Shown here: positions 36,147 through 43,688 of the stretch, piece after piece
Position numbering within the stretch: the stretch's first letter is position 1
Layout of the letters: each line of letters starts with the position of its first letter
IMG/VR virus record: IMGVR_UViG_3300044611_002466
Location: 32,001 to 96,000 of that record
Origin: a virus
Length of the DNA: 64,000 nt
Direction: 5' to 3' (one strand)
Translations under genes and position numbers: made by a program
Notes under the pieces: generated by a model
Told to the model about the DNA's origin: nothing
What the model saw: only the letters and a program-made list of their open reading frames with translations
The model's database searches: none

Positions 36147-38207
36147 ATGTCTGAACTACCCCCCTCCGTAGAGCGAGCCATCGGTACCACCGTGCACTGG
36201 GCCGCCTTCGCGGACGAGCTCGGGAAGCAGGCTGCCGTGGTGGAGGTCGCACACAACTTCCACCCCGTCGTCGTGCAGCCTCCGCGGGCGAAGCGTGCGA
36301 AGTTCCCCTTCACTGGCTTTATCGACTTCCAGGGCATCAAGATCGACGTCGAGAACAAGAAGGGCGAGTACCGCCGCGGGAAGGACAAGGACGGGCACGA
36401 GTGGAAGTGCCTGATGCACTCGCACTACGGCGAGATCCGGGACACGGAGGGCACCGACGGCGACAAGCTCGACGTCTACGTTGGCCCCAACCACGACTCG
36501 AGCTTGGTCGTGGTCGTTCGACAGCTCAAGCCAGACACAGGAGCCTTCGACGAAGACAAGGTGATGCTCGGGTACGACTCAGTGGAAGAGGCCATCGGAG
36601 CCTATAAGAAGCAGTATGACAAGCCTGGCTTCTACAAGGACGGTGGCCACAAGGTGATGCCGATCGGTGAGTTCTGGCGGTGGGTGCACGACCGCGAGAA
36701 CTACGGCAAGAAGGTGGCTGGATTCCTACATGACCTGACCGGCAGAAGTCTGGACGAGGCGCGCAAGGCGCACGTGCGTAGGGTGGAAGAACACAATGCC
36801 CACCTGCAGGGCGCGATCCGCGACTACGACGAGATGCGTGACTTGGTGGAGCAGTCAGCCCGATGGAAGTCGACGAGGCTTGGGAGGCACCGCAAGCGCC
36901 TTGCCGACGCCGCCAAGTCCGTCGAGCGTATTGCGGCCCTGGCTCCTCCGCATTTCGACCCCTCTCCGATCGCCAGGAGGATCCGAAACACGCGTCTCGG
37001 CACCGCGGCTGTTCTCGGTGGGGGCGCGTTGCTCACGGGGCTTGCCGCGCACCGTCACAGACAACCCGAGGCGAAGAAGGCGGCGGCCCCCCTGGACGCG
37101 GGGGTGCGAGAGTTCGCCCTGCACCCTCGTCTCCAGAAGGCGCTGGGTGGTGTAGCCGCCGCCGGAGGCCTGTACGCGGGGTACAAGTACCGCCAGCGGG
37201 AGCGCCTGAAGGAGCTGGAGTCCGGCACGCCCAGTATGGGCAGACACGCGCTGGAAGGAGGAGCAGCGGGCGTCCTCGCAGGCGCGAGTCTCGGCGGAGC
37301 AGCGGTACACAAGGCCAAGCCCGTGCTCGCGCGGATGCGGGACCTTACTGCACCAGTCGCGGCAGCTATGACAGAGAGCGCCAAGACGATGCGGAACTCG
37401 GGGATGTCCCCGGAGAAGATCAAGCAGACCGTTCTCCAGAACCCCGTGTCCGTCAAGGGACTGCACGTGGCGCGAGCAGGGCATGCGGCGCACCTGCTCC
37501 ACGGGAAGCTCAGTGTCGGGAGGGGTGCCCTGGCAGGCGCAGCCATCGCTGGTATTGCTGGCGCCGGGCTCGCGGCACGCGGCGCACGCGGAGACGAGGC
37601 GAAGGCTGACCTCCGCGGAGAGCAGCGACGGCTCAAGCGCGGCCCGTACGCCCAGCCTAAGGAGGCCGGTGCGAGCCCCCTCTCTGCGGCGGGGACTGCT
37701 ACTCCCAGCGGCCTCGTAGCACGGAACAAGATGCAGAAGACGGCGCCCCCGCACTACACCCCACCGCCTGCTGCCGTACAGGTCGCGCCCTCGCCGTGGA
37801 CAAAGGGAGCGGACGCTGAGCTGCCCGGCGTCGGTGACGAGGGAGAGCGGCCGCACATCCCTGGGATGAAGCAGCCTCGCCTGGCCACTCCACGCCTGAA
37901 CCCCGACCAAGGGAAGCACATCCCCACGAACCCCTTCCGCGGCAGCTGGAAGAAGCTGGGAGGCGGTCCCTTACACGAGGTCGCCGAGGTGGCGCACCAC
38001 TTGACCGCTGCGATCCCTGAGAAGGTGAAGCACGGCATCCTGGGCGCTGGCATCTTGGGCGCGGGGGCCCTGGGGCTAAAAGCAACCGCCGACCAGGTGG
38101 TCAATCCCCGCCCTGAGGGGGTTGGCTTAGGCGCTGGAGCGCGAGCCGGCCAGAAGGCTCTGACTCTTGGGCTCTCGCGGGCTGGATCGGGGCCCGTGCA
38201 GTATTAG
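36147..38207 (+). CDS. Polyprotein: inorganic-pyrophosphatase-like (InPase-type) domain plus multiple glycine-zipper modules
   Basis: IDVEN.KG..R.G.D..G..W...M..HYG.I..TEG.DGD.LDVYVGP...FDEDKVMLG; K-x-A sites between modules. Confidence 0.8.
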   Translation: MSELPPSVERAIGTTVHWAAFADELGKQAAVVEVAHNFHPVVVQPPRAKRAKFPFTGFIDFQGIKIDVENKKGEYRRGKDKDGHEWKCLMHSHYGEIRDTEGTDGDKLDVYVGPNHDSSLVVVVRQLKPDTGAFDEDKVMLGYDSVEEAIGAYKKQYDKPGFYKDGGHKVMPIGEFWRWVHDRENYGKKVAGFLHDLTGRSLDEARKAHVRRVEEHNAHLQGAIRDYDEMRDLVEQSARWKSTRLGRHRKRLADAAKSVERIAALAPPHFDPSPIARRIRNTRLGTAAVLGGGALLTGLAAHRHRQPEAKKAAAPLDAGVREFALHPRLQKALGGVAAAGGLYAGYKYRQRERLKELESGTPSMGRHALEGGAAGVLAGASLGGAAVHKAKPVLARMRDLTAPVAAAMTESAKTMRNSGMSPEKIKQTVLQNPVSVKGLHVARAGHAAHLLHGKLSVGRGALAGAAIAGIAGAGLAARGARGDEAKADLRGEQRRLKRGPYAQPKEAGASPLSAAGTATPSGLVARNKMQKTAPPHYTPPPAAVQVAPSPWTKGADAELPGVGDEGERPHIPGMKQPRLATPRLNPDQGKHIPTNPFRGSWKKLGGGPLHEVAEVAHHLTAAIPEKVKHGILGAGILGAGALGLKATADQVVNPRPEGVGLGAGARAGQKALTLGLSRAGSGPVQY

Positions 38208-38364
38208 AGAGCACGGCCCCGGTCTCTGGGTCGTAGGTGCCCTCGTCCACGATGGCGAGCTCCACCAAGAGCTCGAGCACCTCCTCCGGCCGAACGCGAC
38301 GGCCCGCCTCCCGTGAGAGAGTGCGGGCCGTGCGCTCGAGGTAGCGGAGGTGGTGGGGCTGCAT
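38101..38364 (-). CDS. Small hypothetical protein, convergently overlapping the InPase polyprotein
   Basis: Last gene of the - strand run; GGTGG SD-like sequence. Confidence 0.5.
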   Translation of the reverse strand: MQPHHLRYLERTARTLSREAGRRVRPEEVLELLVELAIVDEGTYDPETGAVLSNTARAPIQPARAQESEPSGRLALQRLSQPPQGGD

Positions 38365-38384
38365 CCCCCACCACTACCACCCCC

Positions 38385-38669
38385 TCAGTGGTTCCGCTTG
38401 CGGCCCCGACGGTAGGACGCGTAGCGGAGCTTCCGGACCCAGACACGCACCGACGCGTAGACCAGCCACGCCACCGCGCGGAAGTACGACGAGCAGTCGA
38501 TGACCGCCTCCGTCTCCCGCAGCTGCTTCTCGAGCAGCGCCCGTTCCGTCTGCGCGTACGACAAGGCGGACCACGCCCAGTTCTTCGCCCCCTGCAGTCC
38601 GTACTGCGGATCTGCGACCATCTCATCGAAGGTCTCGTGGAACTCCTTCCTGTCTACATCGAAGCTCAC
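38385..38669 (-). CDS. Hypothetical protein
   Basis: GTGA-coupled start. Confidence 0.6.
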   Translation of the reverse strand: MSFDVDRKEFHETFDEMVADPQYGLQGAKNWAWSALSYAQTERALLEKQLRETEAVIDCSSYFRAVAWLVYASVRVWVRKLRYASYRRGRKRNH

Positions 38670-38968
38670 GACGCACTCTCCTCCGGTGGAAGGTGTTCGA
38701 GTGCCGGGCGCGTCGCCTGCCACTCCAAGGTGCCGCCGCTATCGCCGACCGCCACCGCCTGGAGGAAGTCCATCCGCAGCCCCACCAGGCGCGCTCTGCC
38801 GTACCCCCCAGGTCCCGTGTAGTGAGCGACCACGGAATCGAAGAGTTCGCGATCTTCGTAGTACTTCACCCAGTGCAGGTCCCCGTGGACCGAGAACCCG
38901 ATCTTGAAGAGCGTGACCGGACGCCCACCGAGGTTGTTGAACTTGTCGAGATGTGTCGACTGCTTCAT
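38666..38968 (-). CDS. Hypothetical protein
   Basis: GGAGAGG SD, coupled. Confidence 0.6.
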   Translation of the reverse strand: MKQSTHLDKFNNLGGRPVTLFKIGFSVHGDLHWVKYYEDRELFDSVVAHYTGPGGYGRARLVGLRMDFLQAVAVGDSGGTLEWQATRPALEHLPPEESAS

Positions 38969-39993
38969 TTCCTCTCCTCGTCGAATGCGGTGCACTCGCA
39001 TTCGGTGCGATGACCGCGGCAGGGGCCAAGGCGTTTGTCGGGGTCGTTCTTGCGGTAGTGAAAGTCGATGGAGTGTCCGCAGGCGGCGCAGTGCGGGATG
39101 CGCTGCACCTCCTGCTGGTACTCCTGCATGAACGGGCTTTTCGGCTTCTTCTCCAGAGGGAGAATGCTCCCCGCGTAGCTGGACTCGTTCACCCTCTCCC
39201 TGATGTAGCCAGCCACCAGGTGACCAGAGTACGCCGCCCCCAGCGCCCTCTTCAGGCGCTTCTTCCGGAGCCGCTTCGGTCCCGGCCCGAGCTTCAGCGC
39301 GAGGATGCGCGGGAAGTTCCTGAGCCAGAACTCCCGGAACTCCATCCCATCGACGTACTCGGTGTCGAGGTTCACGGGCCGCGTGAGCCTCGCATGAGCC
39401 GCCACGAGGAGCTCTTCTCGCCGCTCCTCCACAGCCCTCATCCACGCACCGGTCGTGGAGTAACTGACACTCGGAGTACCCTCGAGGAACTCCTTCGGAA
39501 CCCCCAGAGCGATGATGATGCTCTCCCGGATGTCGATCTTCTCCTTGTCGAGCTCGAGCCTCGCTATCGCTTCCGGGTTCGACACGAACAACCCGGCTTC
39601 GACGTCCACGACCTCATGAACCACGGGCGGCGGGGAGTACTCCCGCTGCAGGTGCTTCGCGAAACCGTCGAGCGACTCCCACAGTCCTTCCGGAGACGTG
39701 AGAGGGTCCCCGGCGCTCTGCGCGAAGATCTCCGACAGCGGGGGGTACTTGATCAGCGCGCCACGTGCCGCCCCGCTGACCATCGGCAAGGACATGATGC
39801 CGCTCATGTTCATCATGCCGACGCCGAGCTTCGTCGAGACGCCCTCAGCGATCTTCGGGATGTTGTCGGTCCCGCATGAGGGGCAGACGTGCGCGTCCAC
39901 GGCGTAGTGGGCCACCAAACAGCCCTCCTTTCCGTCCGGACAGGGGACCATCCGCGAGGAGTACTCGGCGCCGCAGGCGCAGACGATCCTCAC
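38965..39993 (-). CDS. Zn-finger-like protein with a portal-like internal segment
   Basis: N-terminal CAC..C..C..CPSC; C-terminal CAACGH..DFH..C..C.C; IIIALGVPKEFLEG...YS. Confidence 0.65.
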   Translation of the reverse strand: MRIVCACGAEYSSRMVPCPDGKEGCLVAHYAVDAHVCPSCGTDNIPKIAEGVSTKLGVGMMNMSGIMSLPMVSGAARGALIKYPPLSEIFAQSAGDPLTSPEGLWESLDGFAKHLQREYSPPPVVHEVVDVEAGLFVSNPEAIARLELDKEKIDIRESIIIALGVPKEFLEGTPSVSYSTTGAWMRAVEERREELLVAAHARLTRPVNLDTEYVDGMEFREFWLRNFPRILALKLGPGPKRLRKKRLKRALGAAYSGHLVAGYIRERVNESSYAGSILPLEKKPKSPFMQEYQQEVQRIPHCAACGHSIDFHYRKNDPDKRLGPCRGHRTECECTAFDEERK

Positions 39994-40367
39994 GAGGACA
40001 CCTTCCACTTCTGCGACGCGCAGTACTCCTTGAACGCCTCGACGGCTTCGTTGGGCACCGTCACCGAGAGGGAGGTGACCGTGCGCGCCTTCAGCCACTT
40101 CCGGACCACCGCGACAAAGTCGCTGTTGAAGCCGGCCGGTACCGGGCCCTTGCCCTGCCAGTCGAGAGTGCCGAACTCCAGGTCGTACTTCGCCGTCGGA
40201 TCTACGATGGCACCCGGACTGCCGTACTCATCGGACAGGTGAAGGGTCGCGACGGTACTGCCCTCGGGGACCTCTCCCTCCGTGAACGTGCAGCTGTCGT
40301 AGCAGACGTCGGTACCCGGCGGCCACTCCTGAAAGAACGCGATGATGTCAGCGCCTTTGATCTTCAC
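39990..40367 (-). CDS. Hypothetical protein
   Basis: GTGA-coupled start. Confidence 0.6.
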   Translation of the reverse strand: MKIKGADIIAFFQEWPPGTDVCYDSCTFTEGEVPEGSTVATLHLSDEYGSPGAIVDPTAKYDLEFGTLDWQGKGPVPAGFNSDFVAVVRKWLKARTVTSLSVTVPNEAVEAFKEYCASQKWKVSS

Positions 40368-40825
40368 GTACCACCTCCAGCCTGGGTTGAGTGCTCTCTC
40401 GCACGCTCCCGCCTCGCCTTGATCTCGGCGATGAAGTAGGGGAGCGAGAGCGTCATTGCGGCTTCGTCGAGGAGCTGCAGCTGCTCCAGGGACATCCACG
40501 CGAAGTCACTGTGGATCTTAGAATCCATCTCGGGCGGACCGAACCGCGGCGGCTGTACCTCGTAGAGGTGCACCACGAAGCGGATGCCGCGTTGGTCCTC
40601 AAGGACGGGGGTGGTCGTGATGTAGTGCCCGATGTCGACGTTCACCTTCAGCTCTTCCCACAGCTCCCGCCGCAGGGCTGCGGAGTGTCGCTCCCCCGCC
40701 TCCACCTTCCCGCCAGGCATCTCCCACGCGCCGGCGGGGGAGTGCACCCGCTTGGCCACGAAGAGCTCGCCCGAGGCGTTCTGCACGCACCCCGCCACCA
40801 CCTGAATGAGCGGCTTCGTACTCAT
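40364..40825 (-). CDS. NUDIX (MutT-like) hydrolase
   Basis: WEMPGGKVEAGERHSAALRRELWEEL Nudix box. Confidence 0.9.
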   Translation of the reverse strand: MSTKPLIQVVAGCVQNASGELFVAKRVHSPAGAWEMPGGKVEAGERHSAALRRELWEELKVNVDIGHYITTTPVLEDQRGIRFVVHLYEVQPPRFGPPEMDSKIHSDFAWMSLEQLQLLDEAAMTLSLPYFIAEIKARRERAREHSTQAGGGT

Positions 40826-41742
40826 CGCAGCCCCAGCTTGCTGAAGAAGTCGTCTTGCTCACGATTCGTGAGCCCCCCGACATCTTCCAGCAGGAGGAGC
40901 ACGTGATCCCCTTCCGTGGTACCGGAGATCCCGCGCGACTCCGCCTCCAGCTGTTCGTCGCGGGCGTAGCCCTTGACCATCCTGCGCAGCGCCTCGACCT
41001 CCTTACGGGAGAAGGTCTTCGCCTCGAGGCGGTAGTCGACGAAGGCCTCGGCCGCGAGCGGACACCAGTCCTGCACGATCCTCCAGATCGCCTCGGCGTA
41101 CTGGCGGATCTCCCACTGTGCGTGGGGGTCGAGGCGCTGCTCCAGCATGTGGAGCAGGTTGTGCAGGTCCCACGTGGTCACCCAGTGGGTGTAGGTCGAG
41201 AGGGGCAGGCCGATGCGCGCCGTCTCCCGCGCCATGCCAGCGCCGATGAACTGGCGGTAGCTGGCGAAGCTCTCATTCGCCTCGCCGATCATCTGGCCCC
41301 GTAGCTGCTCCGCCTCTCCCAGAGGGAAGCGCTTCGCGGAGCGCCCCTGCTTGTTGCTCGAGGTCTGGTAGCAGACTTGGTCCACCGGCGGCGTGTAGAA
41401 CTCCTCCGGGAGCACAGAGTACCGCCCCGAGAGCTCGTTCAGCTTCTGCGTCCGGTAGCGCACCAGCTGACGAGCCACGAAGATGGGCAGCTTGATGTCG
41501 AGAGTGATCGCCACCTGCTCGAAGGGGCTGGTGTGCCTCTCCCGCATCAGATGACGCAGCAGCTTGCGGGTGTCCGAGATGGGGCGCGCGTCCTCGTAGG
41601 AGATGCGGGCCGCCTCCTCGATGCGCACATCCCCTCCCATGCAGTCGACGACGAAGACGTGTCCGATCTCGTCGAGGACCTTGATCTTGTTGTCCTTGCC
41701 GTACTTGGCGCGAAGCTCCGCGCGAATGGTGTCGAGGCTCAT
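40822..41742 (-). CDS. thyX: Flavin-dependent thymidylate synthase
   Basis: AARISY, HTSPFEQ, PIFVARQL.R.R...NE.SGRY, W...WDLHNLLH.L..R...HAQWEIR.YA. Confidence 0.93.
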   Translation of the reverse strand: MSLDTIRAELRAKYGKDNKIKVLDEIGHVFVVDCMGGDVRIEEAARISYEDARPISDTRKLLRHLMRERHTSPFEQVAITLDIKLPIFVARQLVRYRTQKLNELSGRYSVLPEEFYTPPVDQVCYQTSSNKQGRSAKRFPLGEAEQLRGQMIGEANESFASYRQFIGAGMARETARIGLPLSTYTHWVTTWDLHNLLHMLEQRLDPHAQWEIRQYAEAIWRIVQDWCPLAAEAFVDYRLEAKTFSRKEVEALRRMVKGYARDEQLEAESRGISGTTEGDHVLLLLEDVGGLTNREQDDFFSKLGLR

Positions 41743-42050
41743 CGATCTGCCGTGGTGAGGGTGGTGACTACCGGACCATTCTTGAGGAGGTCCTCCAGAC
41801 GGGCTCGCTGTAGCTCGAGGCGCTTGAGCTTGGCGGCGATCATCTGCGCAACCCGCGAGCGCGCCCCCTCCTCGTTCTGGTGCCAGTTCGTTCCCTCACC
41901 GTGTGCATACACCGCCGGACAAGCTACGCCGCCGGGATGCCAGTACACCATGTCATGGGACAGATAGACCCGATCGACCTTCTGGATGCCCTGAGTGAGG
42001 GCGTATGTCGTGACCCACACCGGTCCGATTGTACTTGCCCTGCTACTCAT
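41739..42050 (-). CDS. Phage hypothetical protein
   Basis: VWVTTYALTQGI...WH...A...coiled coil; coupled. Confidence 0.65.
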   Translation of the reverse strand: MSSRASTIGPVWVTTYALTQGIQKVDRVYLSHDMVYWHPGGVACPAVYAHGEGTNWHQNEEGARSRVAQMIAAKLKRLELQRARLEDLLKNGPVVTTLTTADR

Positions 42051-42322
42051 GTTGACGCCCCTCTCGGCACGGAACGCCGAAGTCTGGAGATTTGATCGGC
42101 ATGGTACTCCCGCTCCTTGTTTCCGTTCCAACGCACGACCCAGACCGTGTATGGCCGCGGAGTGGTAGTGGTCGTCGACATGCGCTCCTCGACGCGGACC
42201 ACGTCCACGGGCCATGCTACCAGATGACTCAGCATCGTGTTGCCCCGCTTCTCCCGGCGGACGTCCCAGAGGCGATCACCTGCCTTCACGTTCGCTGCGT
42301 TGATTCCCACCAGCACCTCCAT
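42047..42322 (-). CDS. Small SH3-like hypothetical protein
   Basis: VKAGDRLWDV pattern; start uncertain. Confidence 0.55.
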   Translation of the reverse strand: MEVLVGINAANVKAGDRLWDVRREKRGNTMLSHLVAWPVDVVRVEERMSTTTTTPRPYTVWVVRWNGNKEREYHADQISRLRRSVPRGAST

Positions 42323-42425
42323 ACAGGCATCTGCCCTGCGCTTTCTGTGGTCCAGGTACCGAAAGAGGCTCTGCACGGGGAGGGAGACCACCCCGCGCAG
42401 AGCGCTCAGAAGAAGGCCGCCAGGG

Positions 42426-42788
42426 CTACCCCTCGGCGGCGACACCGCTTCCCCGGAGGAACGCCCGCTGCTGCTCCTCGAGCTCGTCGGCGCCGGCCTC
42501 CACCGACTTCTGGATGGCCCCGACCGCCTGGTGGAGGGTGAGCCCGGAGTACTTCATCAGCAGGCGGATGAGCACCTTCTGCATGCTGTCGGCGAGAAGC
42601 GCCGCCATGCGCCCGTCCGAGATCCCCTTCTCGTAGTACCCGGCGACGGATGCGACGGCCGGGATGTCCACCAGCTCCTTGTCCGCGTCGAACACGATCG
42701 TCTCGAACAGGAACGAGTCGACCCCGTACCTGCCCAGAAGGTCCACGAGCTCCTGCTGAAAGTCCTTGAGGTTCTTGGTCTGAATCAC
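42426..42788 (-). CDS. Hypothetical protein
   Basis: 120-aa coupled ORF. Confidence 0.65.
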   Translation of the reverse strand: MIQTKNLKDFQQELVDLLGRYGVDSFLFETIVFDADKELVDIPAVASVAGYYEKGISDGRMAALLADSMQKVLIRLLMKYSGLTLHQAVGAIQKSVEAGADELEEQQRAFLRGSGVAAEG

Positions 42789-43093
42789 GTGGTCTCCTTG
42801 GCGACGACAATGCGCCGCGGTTCGTCGGAGCCCTCGACCACCGCGAGTCGATAGCCGGGGCAGAAGTGCATGAAGATGCCGTTGATGATGCCGAACGCGC
42901 TCACGATGAGGACGTCTTCGTCGCCGGCGCGCATGACGGGGGACGGCCCACCGGCGACCTCGTCGGTGTTGAAAAGCCGCTGCAGGACGTCCAGACAGGA
43001 GGGGTCCGACTGCATGTACGAGTAGGTCTCGATGGTGCCGAAGAGGGCGGCATCCACTTCATCCGGGACACTGGGGAGAATGTCGAGCTTCAC
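42785..43093 (-). CDS. Hypothetical protein
   Basis: GTGA-coupled start refined. Confidence 0.6.
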   Translation of the reverse strand: MKLDILPSVPDEVDAALFGTIETYSYMQSDPSCLDVLQRLFNTDEVAGGPSPVMRAGDEDVLIVSAFGIINGIFMHFCPGYRLAVVEGSDEPRRIVVAKETT

Positions 43094-43473
43094 GAGATTG
43101 CCTCCTGGGTTGACCACGGCAGCGAGGCCGTGGGGACGATCGTCAGCCACCTGGAGCCGAGGATCTGGTCGTGTTTGACGATGACGAGGGCCGAGCCGTC
43201 GACCCGCTCGACGACCTCGAAGTACTTCCGGTCTCGCTCGATGACGAGCATCTCCTTTGCGATCCACGACACGAGCTCTGGCTTCGGGGAGACATGAAAC
43301 GAGCGATGCCCGTTCACCCCCGACACCACCAGGTAGTGTCCGATGTCCGGGTGATTCGCGACAGCGTCGCTGCGGTGTCCATCGTGTTCACTGTCCCACT
43401 TGCGGAGGTAGTGGTCCTGGGTGAAGAAGAGGTCCTCGAAGGTCTTTCCTTCCATGAACAGTTGAGCGATCAT
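43090..43473 (-). CDS. Hypothetical protein
   Basis: 127-aa coupled ORF. Confidence 0.6.
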   Translation of the reverse strand: MIAQLFMEGKTFEDLFFTQDHYLRKWDSEHDGHRSDAVANHPDIGHYLVVSGVNGHRSFHVSPKPELVSWIAKEMLVIERDRKYFEVVERVDGSALVIVKHDQILGSRWLTIVPTASLPWSTQEAIS

Positions 43474-43688
43474 GCCTTCCTCGCACGCAGCACGCGCGGT
43501 CGATAGGGGTGTTCATTCGGAGGCAGGGGGACACGCATTTTCCATGAGGCATTCATGTGCAGGCCCAGACCCTGCGGCCTGGGCTCCGGATTCGGCTTGG
43601 TGAACGCCGTCTCGAGAAGCGCAAGCATCCAGGTATGCGCTGTCTCCTCACTGTCGACATCAACCTCGACCTCGATAATGCACTTCAT
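43470..43688 (-). CDS. Small hypothetical protein
   Basis: ATGA-coupled to the VWA gene. Confidence 0.55.
   Translation of the reverse strand: MKCIIEVEVDVDSEETAHTWMLALLETAFTKPNPEPRPQGLGLHMNASWKMRVPLPPNEHPYRPRVLRARKA

Noticed and set aside
36603-36610. TATAAGAA, similar to the CATAAGAA motif
   Set aside because: Lies inside a coding region (Tyr-Lys-Lys) with no downstream gene start nearby
36147-38207. Tape measure protein call for the Gly/Ala-rich ORF after the tube region
   Set aside because: Too short for a phage of this type, begins with an enzyme domain, and shares the K-x-A/glycine-zipper pattern of head proteins
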